The position numbers were made by a program, and so were the translations under genes. The notes beneath the pieces are model-generated. The model was not told where the DNA came from. It worked only from the letters and a program-made list of their open reading frames with translations, and ran no database searches. A stretch of 36,294 bases of DNA from an uncultured Candidatus Bathyarchaeia archaeon (GTDB taxonomy: Archaea; Thermoproteota; Bathyarchaeia; TCS64). The stretch is taken from positions 1-36,294 of the forward strand of contig CAYFYM010000069.1 in NCBI GenBank assembly GCA_964347405.1. The letters run 5' to 3'. Shown piece by piece: positions 7,532 through 16,850 of this stretch. Numbering within the stretch: the first letter of the stretch is position 1; the number at the start of each line of letters is the position of its first letter.

Positions 7532-8569
7532 ATGAATGGAATTAGACGAATCTCAAGGCCTTCAAGGAGAAGCATGATCACCGCTGCGGCGCTCGTCGCG
7601 CTGCTCTTCTCGGCGTACATGGTGGGAAGCAAGTACGTGCCCGGCGGCAGCCCCATGACCCCGTCAGGGCTCAGCTACCAGCGTTCATCAGGCGGCGAGG
7701 CGGTGACGCTCACGTCGGGCGTGAGCGACACCGTCGCAGCCGCGGCTGCCGCAGAGGCGGCTTCCGTGGCGGCGGACTCCGCTAAGGCAGCGTCCGCGAG
7801 CCCGTTGACGGTCTTGTTCGGCGTTGGCTCCAACGGCGAGACCGAGTACGACGTGGAGGCCGTCGAGCTCTTCGCGGAGAGGATGGTGGTTTTTACGGCG
7901 CGGCTTGAGCTGTAGGTCGAGGACGTGGAGGCGACGGTCGACGCGGTGCGGTTGTTGGCGGAGAGCCACGGCGGCTTCGTGTCCACCGTGAACACGAGGA
8001 ACGAGAGAGGCTCAATCACCATCCGGGTCCCCCAGAGACGGTTCCACGACGCCGTCGAGGAGATCGAGGGACTTGGCGAGGTGGAGAGCCGCAACCTGCA
8101 GGGCGAGGACGTCACCGAGGAGTACGTGGACCTCCAGGCCGAGCTCACCAACATGGAGAGGCAGGAGCAGAGGCTCCTCGACATCATGGAGATGGGGGAC
8201 ACGGTGGAGTCAGTGCTCAAGGTGGAGAGGGAGCTGGAGCGGGTCAGGGGCCGCATCGAGAGCCTCCAGGGCAGGATCAACTACCTGGACAGCAGGGTGG
8301 AGCTCGCCACCATTACCGTGAACCTGAACCTGGAACCCGAGGAGGAGCCGGAGGTGCAGCTGGCGTGGTTTCCGGAGATGGACTGGGGCGAGCCGGTGAG
8401 GGCTGGGCTATCCGTCCTCTTCACCGTGACCCAGGGGATGATCACCATGGTGATCGTGCTGGGGCCATTCGCAGCCGTCGGCTACGGCGGGGTGAGGGGG
8501 TACAGGTACCTTAGGGCTCGGGACACCTCTCTCGCCGACGCCCACGCTGAGGAACAGAGCCCAAACTAA
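7532..8569 (+). CDS. DUF4349-domain membrane protein interrupted by an in-frame TAG (7913-7915)
   Basis: ORFs 7532-7915 and 7925-8569 are in the same frame. The joined sequence (signal/TM, Ala-rich linker, ...FTARLEL-TAG-VEDVEATVDAVRLLAESHGGFV..., coiled coil, C-terminal TMs) has the architecture of one DUF4349 protein. Confidence 0.6.
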
Positions 8570-8575
8570 TTTTTT
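8570..8575 (+). terminator. oligo-T (T6) tract directly after the stop codon
   Basis: TAA followed immediately by TTTTTT. Confidence 0.35.
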
Positions 8576-8596
8576 CCCATGCTGCTTGATGCATAA

Positions 8597-8616
8597 GATG
8601 GTAGCCCGGGAGGTGG
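8597..8616 (-). repeat. weak tRNA 3'-end-like fragment (GATGGTAGC...)
   Basis: GATGGTAGCCCGGGAGGTGG shares the TGGTAGC (reverse complement GCTACCA) head of the better-preserved copies. Very degenerate. Confidence 0.25.
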
Positions 8617-8676
8617 CTTGTCGTTTGTTCGTGCCACAAATTGTTTTGTAAGGATATTTGGTATTTTTTTTTGTGT

Positions 8677-10386
8677 TTATCCTATCCGTGTGATTCTTCC
8701 ATCCGCCGTTGGGCTTACGGGGCTGAACTCCTGGAGATAGTTGATGACGCTATCTGCTAGTGTTATTCCCAGGTCGCTGTAGTTTTCCCCCGTGGTCAAG
8801 ACCCAGTGCCCTGATCCCCCTTCCGCTATGAACTCACCCATGGCGACGGTGTAGACCTCGGCGTCTTCGAGGGGCTGGTCCCCCACGTACGCCTCTGTCA
8901 CCCGCTCGTCCACGGGAAGCGAAGGGTCGTAGGTGAACCTTATCCCCGCTACCTGAAGCCATCCCCCGTCTGCGTAGTACTCCAGCTCCCGCCTGATCTG
9001 CTCACCCGTGAACTCGGCGACGATGAGCGAGTTCTGGAAGGGCAACAGCTCGTGCACGTCCGCCCGCGTTATGTCTCCTGCGGGGAAGACCCTCTTCCAC
9101 CTGAAGCCGCCCGAGTTGTGCATGGCGATGTCCGCGGTCCGTGCCTGCCAGAGTATGGCGTCTGCGACCAGGTTCCCCGCGTTTGTGTCCTGTCCCCTGA
9201 GCGCCTCCGTCTCTGCGTCGAGGTCCACGAGGGTCGCCCCCACGACCTCGTTCATTATGGGGCCGTACTCGTCTATGTAGGGCTGCAGCGTCGTTGACAC
9301 GTCGGGGTCGTCGGGTACGTCAGCTGTGATGGGTATGAGCCGTCCGCTGTAACCTGTGACTATGTCGTTCTCTACGGTGACGTCTAGACGCCCCAGCACG
9401 AGGCCGTGGTTCCATGCCTGAACGATGATGGTTTCGTCCACGTACTCTGGCGAGTCTAGCCTGGTGTGGCTGTGCCCTCCAACGATGACGTCGATGCCGT
9501 CCGTGCTCTGCGCCAGAGCCACGTCGTTGCCGTAGCCTATGTGGGTGAGGGCGATGATGAGGTCCGAGTCGTCGTCGAGCCGCGGCAGCAACGCGGTGGC
9601 GGCCGTCGTTGAGTACTGGAACTCCAGCCCCTCGACGTTTTGTGGTCTCGCGGTGAACAAGCCCTGGTCGTCGAAGAGCCCAAGTATGGCCACGTCTACC
9701 CCGCCCACCTCCACGATGATGTACTGCTGGAGGTAGTCGGGGCATGAGCCTGAAGCGGTATCTATTATGTTTGCCCCGAGCCACGGGTACTCCGAGGCCG
9801 TGCACGCGTTTATCATGGGCTCCTGTCCGAAGTCGAACTCATGGTTTCCGACGCACATGGCGTCCAGGTCCGCGGCGTTGAGCGCCTCGACGGTGGGGAC
9901 GCCCATGTAGTAGTTGGTAAGTATGGTACCGTAGTTGCTGTCCCCTGCGTTGAGGAACAGCACGTTGGCCCCTGTCTCCCGCTCCTGGTTCACGAGGTAG
10001 GCTATCTTAGGTATTCCGCCTACCATGCCGTCTTGGGGTTCCTGGCTCTGGGCTCTCCCGTGCAGGTCGTTTATGTGGAATATGGTGATGTCCGTGGGTC
10101 CCTGGGGCTCTGTTTCTTCTTGTTGGGCGTCCAGTTGTTGTGTAAGTTGTTCTAGTTGTTCCATTAGTCGAGCTATCTCTTGTTGGAGTGCCTGTTGATC
10201 TCGTTCAAGTCGGGTGATCCGTGCCTCTTTCTCCTCTACAACGTCGCTTAGTTCCTGTATCTGCGCCTCGTATTGGGTGATGTCTGCCGTGTCTTGGCCT
10301 GTTAACGCGGCGTAGGTTCCTACACCGATGGCTGCACCCAGTAGAATGCCGATCGTGAAGAGGAGGAGTTTACGGGAATCAATCAT
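8677..10386 (-). CDS. membrane-anchored bifunctional metallophosphatase / 5'-nucleotidase (UshA-like) with N-terminal coiled coil
   Basis: 569-aa ORF with calcineurin-like motifs (HINDLHGR, NAGD, GNHEFD, GGHSH) and a C-terminal 5'-nucleotidase domain. N-terminal TM followed by a Q/E-rich heptad segment. Confidence 0.9.
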   Translation of the reverse strand: MIDSRKLLLFTIGILLGAAIGVGTYAALTGQDTADITQYEAQIQELSDVVEEKEARITRLERDQQALQQEIARLMEQLEQLTQQLDAQQEETEPQGPTDITIFHINDLHGRAQSQEPQDGMVGGIPKIAYLVNQERETGANVLFLNAGDSNYGTILTNYYMGVPTVEALNAADLDAMCVGNHEFDFGQEPMINACTASEYPWLGANIIDTASGSCPDYLQQYIIVEVGGVDVAILGLFDDQGLFTARPQNVEGLEFQYSTTAATALLPRLDDDSDLIIALTHIGYGNDVALAQSTDGIDVIVGGHSHTRLDSPEYVDETIIVQAWNHGLVLGRLDVTVENDIVTGYSGRLIPITADVPDDPDVSTTLQPYIDEYGPIMNEVVGATLVDLDAETEALRGQDTNAGNLVADAILWQARTADIAMHNSGGFRWKRVFPAGDITRADVHELLPFQNSLIVAEFTGEQIRRELEYYADGGWLQVAGIRFTYDPSLPVDERVTEAYVGDQPLEDAEVYTVAMGEFIAEGGSGHWVLTTGENYSDLGITLADSVINYLQEFSPVSPTADGRITRIG

Positions 10387-10518
10387 GGCTAATGAATCCC
10401 TCTTCTTCTATTTTGGGTTTCCCGGCGAAGAGTTCAAACACCGTTCTCAGTCCACTGGATCTATTTTACCGCAATATGAACCATCGACCCAAAAGAATCA
10501 GCTCAGACGTATCTCTGT

Positions 10519-11055
10519 CTAGAGGACTCGTATGATCGTTGAAGTCTCCTTGTCGATGTGGATGAGGTTGGTCTCCTTGTCAAGCGAGAAACTCATGAAC
10601 GAGATGCCCTCGGTCTTCATGCCGGGTATGACTTTGACGCCTTCACCGAAACACTTCTTCAAACCAGTTACGCCACCCGCACAGCATAGTGCAACTATCG
10701 CTTCAGCCCCTGAGCAGCGTTCCACCAGCTCGGGGGCCGTCCATTTAGGGCCTCCTCCGTATACCTCGCTGTCGCTTGTCATGTAGCATAACGAAGGCCA
10801 GATCTCGACTCTGACGCTCTTTCCCCCGCCTTCTAGGATTCCCTTGATCCTGTCCGCCTCGTTTAGGATGGCCAAAGGTGGCCTCGAGATGCCCCCCGTC
10901 TCCTCGTCGATCACAAGCCTCTGGACGGGCTCATCCTTCTCGTACGCTATGCTGTAGTTGGCACAGTACGGGCAACCCACTATTACCAATGATTCGAAAC
11001 CTTCTGCTTCTCTCTCTATGCTCGAGTCGGGGCGCAATACGGCGTGTGTTGGCAA
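10519..11055 (-). CDS. conserved Cys-rich protein of unknown function (paralog of 19807-20343)
   Basis: 178-aa ORF with the motifs IVGCPYCANYSIAYEKDEPVQ and ALCCAGGVTGLKK. Roughly three quarters identical by eye to the second copy. No family confidently recognised. Confidence 0.7.
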   Translation of the reverse strand: MPTHAVLRPDSSIEREAEGFESLVIVGCPYCANYSIAYEKDEPVQRLVIDEETGGISRPPLAILNEADRIKGILEGGGKSVRVEIWPSLCYMTSDSEVYGGGPKWTAPELVERCSGAEAIVALCCAGGVTGLKKCFGEGVKVIPGMKTEGISFMSFSLDKETNLIHIDKETSTIIRVL

Positions 11056-11139
11056 TTTTTCCTCGACCTTGTACGCTGGTGTTTATCGTCTCATTTTATC
11101 TTTAACACTTGTCATCATGGTCTAGAGTGAGACACGGTC

Positions 11140-11180
11140 GATGGTAGCGGGTAAGGCGGAGACTTGAGCCATAGACCCCC
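11140..11180 (-). repeat. degenerate tRNA 3'-end-like fragment
   Basis: GATGGTAGCGGGTAAGGCGGAGACTTGAGCCATAGACC has an acceptor/CCA-like head and a T-loop-like TTGAGCC. It does not fold as a tRNA. Confidence 0.35.
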
Positions 11181-11230
11181 GCCGCAGTCGGATTCGATAA
11201 CTACATTATCTCATCCCCGCCTCATGTAAC

Positions 11231-11767
11231 GTGGTGGAGAAGGTGAAAGGCACAGCACTGTTAATCATCGACATGCAGCTGGGGAACTTCCAGGAGCCCA
11301 ACCCGATACATCACGGAGACACGCTGCTGAAAAAGGTGAAACGCCTTATCGATAAGGCACACACGGCGCAGACACCGGTAATATACGTGCAAAACAACGG
11401 CGGCGAGGGAGACCCAGATGAACGCGGCACCCCTGGATGGGAGATACACCCCTCCATCGAGCCGAAGCCAGGCGACGTCGTCGTCCAGAAAGGAAGCCCA
11501 GACGCGTTCCACGAGACTGATCTTCAACAAGCGTTGACTGCTAAGAACATCAGGAAGCTGGTGGTCGCGGGCCTGCAGACGGAGTACTGCGTCGACACAA
11601 CTTGCCGTCGAGCCTATGCCCTCGGCTACGAGGTCGTCCTCGTCCGAGACGCACATAGCACATGGGACATGGGTGGGTTGTCGGCGAGCCAGATCATCGA
11701 TCACCACAACCAAGTGCTGGGGGGCTGGTTCGCCACCCTGAGAGACGAGAAAGACGTATCCCTCTGA
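11231..11767 (+). CDS. isochorismatase-family cysteine hydrolase
   Basis: 178-aa ORF with ALLIIDMQ and LVVAGLQTEYCVDTTCRRA (catalytic Cys motif). Confidence 0.85.
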   Translation: MVEKVKGTALLIIDMQLGNFQEPNPIHHGDTLLKKVKRLIDKAHTAQTPVIYVQNNGGEGDPDERGTPGWEIHPSIEPKPGDVVVQKGSPDAFHETDLQQALTAKNIRKLVVAGLQTEYCVDTTCRRAYALGYEVVLVRDAHSTWDMGGLSASQIIDHHNQVLGGWFATLRDEKDVSL

Positions 11768-11947
11768 CTCCATGGAAGGAGCCTGAACAGCGGCGGCCCA
11801 CGCATGGACCCAGAAGACGGCAACGAGCACTAGGGACGGATTTGGGCAACCTGGGTTCCTCAATAAACAGGAAGGGCACTGGTCAAGGGGACTGCACACA
11901 CGCATAATCGAGTGCGTCTCATAGAAGAGTGTTAAAGAAAAGATGAG

Positions 11948-12958
11948 TTAGGAATCGAGTATGTTTCCCTCGTGATCTACCCGGCCCTCCCAGCTGAAAC
12001 CTACGTCATGGTTGTATTCGATGAGGACGTCGTAGACCGGCTTGTGGACGACTTGATAGCTTACCTCGACCCTCCACCCGTTTCCCGTGAACTCTAGCCT
12101 GCTGAACCCAAGTAACCCTTCTGGGTTTAGGTTTGCTACCGCCCACTCGGTGGGGATCGCCGTTTCCCCCAGTTCATGATACTCTTGTTTCACGTGCTCG
12201 ACTGCGATGTCCTTCGCTGTGTCAGGCGAAATGACTGTTACCACCGTCACAGGCCTCTGGATCAACTCGTCCCACTGATCATCTATTATCGCGCTGCCGA
12301 TCCCCCGCACGCTTAACGCTATGCGGATCTCGTGGGGCGTGATCACCTGAGCAAGCGCTTCTCCTGTCCTGTCTCCGTAGCCCGCGTGCCTGCACTCAAA
12401 CGTCAGGGTGATTACGTACTGAACCGGGTAGCTCTCCATCGCTATTATGTCCACAACCTCGATCGATCCTGCGATTCCGTCGAACCTGAAGGTGGGCCCG
12501 TTCACGAGGAACTCTATGGCCAGGGCCTCCGCCTCACTGAAGGTGATGTCGCCTGGCTCGATCATTGTTTCAGCTATCTCATCCCAGATATCGTCGATTA
12601 CAGCGGAGGTGACAGCGTCTTCCATGACGGTAACCTCGATGACGTGGTCTGTCATCACCGTCGCGACAGCTTGGCCGCTTCTGTCACCATAGCCTGCATG
12701 AGACGATGTGAACCCGAGTGTGACCACCCACTCTGGTTCCATGTTGCTTGTTTTCACGACGTCAATGACGTGGATGGAGTCATCTACCCCGTCCCAGCCA
12801 TAGGTTGGGCCGTCTTCGAGGAACCCCATGGCTATCTTGGAGGCCGTGTCCTCTGTGTAGACCGTGGTTGTCTGCCACGCGTATATCGAGAGGGCTGGAA
12901 GCGCTATCGTTGCTATGATGGCTGCCAGCCATACTTGTCTTGATTTCATGTGTTTCAC
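11948..12958 (-). CDS. secreted/membrane-anchored protein with two tandem ~110-aa repeats, function unknown
   Basis: 336-aa ORF with an N-terminal hydrophobic signal/anchor. Internal repeat: GPTYGWDGV...SHAGYGDRSGQAVA...AVIDDIWDE versus GPTFRFDGI...RHAGYGDRTGEALA...AIIDDQWDE. Confidence 0.7.
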   Translation of the reverse strand: MKHMKSRQVWLAAIIATIALPALSIYAWQTTTVYTEDTASKIAMGFLEDGPTYGWDGVDDSIHVIDVVKTSNMEPEWVVTLGFTSSHAGYGDRSGQAVATVMTDHVIEVTVMEDAVTSAVIDDIWDEIAETMIEPGDITFSEAEALAIEFLVNGPTFRFDGIAGSIEVVDIIAMESYPVQYVITLTFECRHAGYGDRTGEALAQVITPHEIRIALSVRGIGSAIIDDQWDELIQRPVTVVTVISPDTAKDIAVEHVKQEYHELGETAIPTEWAVANLNPEGLLGFSRLEFTGNGWRVEVSYQVVHKPVYDVLIEYNHDVGFSWEGRVDHEGNILDS

Positions 12959-13128
12959 GTACAGTCAATGCGATTACTTAGGTATTATCCCAGTGTTTAG
13001 AACAGTTGTTCAACCGATTAGAACACCAGGAAACACTTGCTACGCGGCTTCGTGTGTTCTCACTAAGAGGTTCAACGCTCCACAGCGCCTTTAAGATCAG
13101 CTGATTGAACGCTGGGGACGGTATCTTT

Positions 13129-13170
13129 GTAGCGGAGGAATTGAGCCACCGACCTTGGAGTATTGAGACC
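13129..13170 (-). repeat. degenerate tRNA 3'-half-like fragment
   Basis: GTAGCGGAGGAATTGAGCCACCGACCTTGGAGTATTGAGACC is collinear with the better copies (acceptor, T-arm, variable region, anticodon-arm remnant). Confidence 0.4.
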
Positions 13171-13222
13171 TTTCACTATGAGTAAAATGCACCTTAAATA
13201 TCCCTTATCTTCAACTCATCAC

Positions 13223-13777
13223 ATGGCGACTGAACAGCCCTGGTTGAAGCCAAGGAAGATCACACTGAATGACGGAACGCTTGTTACCTTCCGCCCCGAG
13301 GAGAAACCGGACATCGAGCCCGTCTGGGAGATGTTCTCGACACTGTCAGACGAGAGCCTCCAGTATCTGCCCATCCCCATCACCAGGGAGCGAGTCGAGG
13401 GATGGTTCAGGAGCCTCGACTACGAGAAGGCGCTGCCGATACTGGGCTTGGTAGATGATAGGGTCGTCGCGGTCTCCAGCCTTGACTTCGGCCAGATGAA
13501 GCACAACATGCACGTCGCCACGTTCGGCATAACTGTTCACGACGACTACCAGAACCGCGGCCTAGGGACGAGGCTCACCGAGTACATGGTTGAGATCGCG
13601 AGGATGAAGGGGTTGAAGAAGGTGGCGCTCGAGGTGGTGACTCACAACAGCAAGGCGATAAGCGTATACAGGCGGTGCGGGTTCGTGGTCGAGGGAAGGC
13701 TCATGATGAACCACTGGAACCATGTCCTGGGAAAATACGGCGACGACTACGTGATGGGTCTGATGTTACAGAGTTGA
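13223..13777 (+). CDS. GNAT-family N-acetyltransferase
   Basis: The acetyl-CoA motif QNRGLGTRLTEYMV...VYRRCGFVVEG is present. The ATG at 13223 is preferred because CTTAAATAT lies ~25 nt upstream; the longer ORF begins at 13163. Confidence 0.85.
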   Translation: MATEQPWLKPRKITLNDGTLVTFRPEEKPDIEPVWEMFSTLSDESLQYLPIPITRERVEGWFRSLDYEKALPILGLVDDRVVAVSSLDFGQMKHNMHVATFGITVHDDYQNRGLGTRLTEYMVEIARMKGLKKVALEVVTHNSKAISVYRRCGFVVEGRLMMNHWNHVLGKYGDDYVMGLMLQS

Positions 13778-13932
13778 CCTGAGGAACCCGTAGTTTTTCC
13801 CGCCTTATCATCTGTTAGATTAAATCATAAAGTGTCTTGTTTAATCTTCTTTCATCCATAATTCTTATCCTCACACCCCGTTCATGGGATAGCGTGTGCC
13901 TGTGCACGTGTTGAGAGAAGACGTGAGGTAGA

Positions 13933-15198
13933 GTGAGGAAGAGAACAATCTGGGTTATACTCGTCATCGGGATGACGCTGCTGGCAGCATCATCGATTCT
14001 CAGGTTCAACGAAGACGATGGGGTGGAAGAGACAGAAAACCCGCCGGGGGAAACACCGGAGCCGCCGTCCGAGACGCATGAGCCGCCGGAGGAAACCCAT
14101 GGACCGCCGCCGGAGACGCCGAAGGGGCTCCTCGTCAGCGAGATCTCGGAGGAAGCAGAAATCCTCTTCGTATCGATGAGATACGTCCTAAACGACCTAG
14201 CCTGTCTTGATGAGCGATACGAAGTCAAAACTAATTTCCTCAACGACCCCGAGTGCATCGAGAAGATCTACGACGCCGAGTCAGACGTGCTGGCGTCCCC
14301 GAGGCAGCTATACGCGTACGACATCGAGACGGGCGGCGTCACCCAGTTGACGAACGTCGACTACGATTTCTCGAGCTCGAAGCCCGTGGACTCGACCAGG
14401 ATAATGGCGATAGGCGCAGGCTCCGACACGGACGGCGACGGGATCGTCAGCACCAAGGACGAGATCAACATCTACCTGATAGATCTCGCGGAGGAGGAGA
14501 TAGAGTGCCTGACAGAGGGCCTGAACCTGACCTCGATAAACAACCCCGACTACTCCAAGGCGAACGAGAAGATCCTTTTCTCGGCGCAGAGAAAGGGAGT
14601 GTTCCACAACTACCTGTTCACGCTGGGCCTCGACCAAACACTTACGCAGGTGACCGATGATGACGAGTACCACGACTTCGACTGCTCGTGGTCGGAGGAC
14701 GGCACGAAGATCGTGTTCAGCAGGCTGCCGGATCAGGAGTACCCCTGGGTGATCCCCTCGCAGGTGTGGCTCATGGACGCGGACGGGACGAACCAGGTGA
14801 AGATCACGGACGGCGGGCCCAACCCGGACGACGAGGGGCCTCACGGACCGTACCCCATAGGGATCGACGCCGACCCCGACCTCAGCCCCGACAACAGTAA
14901 GATAGTGTTCTCGAGGCTCAAGACGGGGAAGCAGAACGAGCCTTTCGGAGTCTACGAGCTGGTCGTCTACGACTTGGAGTCTGACGAGGAGACGGTTCTG
15001 GACTCAAGCTACGCCAACATGATACCGGAGTGGAAGTCCCGGGGGATCGTGTTCATCAGGCAGATAGGGTCGTCGACCAGCGTGATGGATAGGAGACAGA
15101 GCATGTACGTCTACATTGACGACGAGTTCAGGGATCTGGAGCAGTACCCGTTCAACGTCTTCCCCATCAGCTCAAACGGGGCCAGCTGGATCGAGTAA
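13933..15198 (+). CDS. PD40/TolB-like beta-propeller repeat protein, N-terminal TM plus Pro/Glu-rich linker
   Basis: 421-aa ORF with PD40-like repeats (DCSWSEDGTKIVFSR, DPDLSPDNSKIVFSR). Paralog of 16851-18104. Confidence 0.8.
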   Translation: MRKRTIWVILVIGMTLLAASSILRFNEDDGVEETENPPGETPEPPSETHEPPEETHGPPPETPKGLLVSEISEEAEILFVSMRYVLNDLACLDERYEVKTNFLNDPECIEKIYDAESDVLASPRQLYAYDIETGGVTQLTNVDYDFSSSKPVDSTRIMAIGAGSDTDGDGIVSTKDEINIYLIDLAEEEIECLTEGLNLTSINNPDYSKANEKILFSAQRKGVFHNYLFTLGLDQTLTQVTDDDEYHDFDCSWSEDGTKIVFSRLPDQEYPWVIPSQVWLMDADGTNQVKITDGGPNPDDEGPHGPYPIGIDADPDLSPDNSKIVFSRLKTGKQNEPFGVYELVVYDLESDEETVLDSSYANMIPEWKSRGIVFIRQIGSSTSVMDRRQSMYVYIDDEFRDLEQYPFNVFPISSNGASWIE

Positions 15199-15216
15199 GA
15201 CGACGAGATGTAAACC

Positions 15217-16419
15217 ATGAACATCATAGAAAGGATGAAGACCCGAAGCCTTACGACGCTGTTGCTGCTGTCCCTCGTAGGGTCCTCCGTGATCGCCGCG
15301 TCGAGCGATGACGCATCATGTAGGATAATTTTTCGCAGCGCGATGGACGCGCCCTCGGCTGACCCCGACTTCCAGGAGAACCCCCAGAGGTACTTCGAGC
15401 TGTACACCATGAACGGCGACGGCTCTGACATACGGAGGGTGACCCACAACACGTACTATGAGAACCAGCCGGACGTCTCCCCCGACGGAAAAACAATAGT
15501 GTGCAGCGTCCACCTGAACGCGAGCAGGGCCTCGGGGACGGACCCCGGCTGGGAGATCGCGTTGATCGACATGGAGACGGGGGAGATGACGCTGTTGACG
15601 GACAACGACTACCTAGACTACGGCGCCCACTGGAACCACGACGGCACGGAGATCGTCTACGTGTCCGACTCAGCCCATAGAAACAAGGTCGATGTCGAGA
15701 ACCAGGTACCACTGAGATATGACATCTACACCATGAAGGCCGACGGTTCAGGCAAGACCCAGCTGACGTTCGCAGAGCCGGGGGACGTCAACGCCGACCC
15801 GAGCTTCTCGTTCTACGCCCCGAGCAGGATCCTCTACATACACTCTGAGGGGTACTCCGGCGCCTTCGACCTCTACGCGATGGATCGCGACGGCGGGAAC
15901 ACGGCGCTGCTCCGCGGCCATAACGAGCAGCTGCTGGCGATAAACGACCCCATGTTCAGCCCAGACGGCACAAGGATCGTGTTCGGCGCCAAGGTCCGCG
16001 AGTCCGCCGAAGGGAACCCGATATACAACGTCTTCACCGTGGACCCCTCCGGCGGCGACCTGACGAGGATCACCGCAGACGACGGCGAGTCGGACGTGAT
16101 CCCCCAGTACTCGCCCGACGGCGGATGGATCGCGTACTACACCTACGTCTGGGAGGGCGGCGGGAACACCCACAGGATAAGGGTCGTGAGGAGCGACGGG
16201 ACAGGCGAGAAGACGCTGTCGACCTACCCCTGGGAGTCGGACCCCAGCTGGTACACCGCACAACAGGAAGCTCAACAGACAGAGGATGAGCCCCAAGGCG
16301 GCACAGACATACCCGGGTTCGGGGCATTGTCAACATTAACAGCAATCCTATGCTTCCTCGTCCTCAAACAGCGAACGAACCATTCAAACACCGCCGAGTC
16401 CAAACTAAAACAAGCCTAA
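15217..16419 (+). CDS. PD40/TolB-like beta-propeller protein with C-terminal PGF-CTERM sorting signal
   Basis: 400-aa ORF with repeated xPDVSPDGKTIV / NHDGTEIVY / FSPDGTRIVF / YSPDGGWIAY motifs. The C-terminus, PGFGALSTLTAILCFLVLKQR, is archaeosortase-type PGF-CTERM. Confidence 0.8.
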   Translation: MNIIERMKTRSLTTLLLLSLVGSSVIAASSDDASCRIIFRSAMDAPSADPDFQENPQRYFELYTMNGDGSDIRRVTHNTYYENQPDVSPDGKTIVCSVHLNASRASGTDPGWEIALIDMETGEMTLLTDNDYLDYGAHWNHDGTEIVYVSDSAHRNKVDVENQVPLRYDIYTMKADGSGKTQLTFAEPGDVNADPSFSFYAPSRILYIHSEGYSGAFDLYAMDRDGGNTALLRGHNEQLLAINDPMFSPDGTRIVFGAKVRESAEGNPIYNVFTVDPSGGDLTRITADDGESDVIPQYSPDGGWIAYYTYVWEGGGNTHRIRVVRSDGTGEKTLSTYPWESDPSWYTAQQEAQQTEDEPQGGTDIPGFGALSTLTAILCFLVLKQRTNHSNTAESKLKQA

Positions 16420-16507
16420 ACAACCCCAACCCCTAGAAGAGGACCCACCCCCAAAACTTATTCCCGGTTACCCGGAACAAACAGAAAACACAAAACCTCC
16501 AAGTGAA

Positions 16508-16559
16508 TGGTAGCGGGGAGGTAGATTTGGACTACCGACCTTGGGATTATGACCCCCAC
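16508..16559 (-). repeat. tRNA(CAU) 3'-half-like fragment (anticodon arm to CCA)
   Basis: The reverse complement reads GTGGGGGTCATAATCCCA (anticodon arm, CAU) AGGTC GGTAG-TCCAAAT-CTACC (T-arm) T-CCCCGCT-A-CCA. No D-arm or 5' acceptor strand lies upstream. Confidence 0.65.
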
Positions 16560-16850
16560 GGGCTTCATGTTTTATAATCATCATCGATAGTCACTGGACC
16601 AGGTAAGGTGCAGATTAAAGAGAACTAGGATTACAGATCAGGTCCGCGGGCATGTACTGTACTGCCCCGAATATGCCAAGACAGATACCCATCTAGGAAC
16701 GAGCCACAGTTCGTGGCGGAGGACCCGTTCGCCGAGATCTGATCTGTTGTGCATTTCTCCATCTTTATTCAATTCGGCTACTTTTTATTACACACAAAAA
16801 GTTATAGATGGATTATGAAGGTTTTGAGCGTATTTGGGTGAGGTGTAGGT

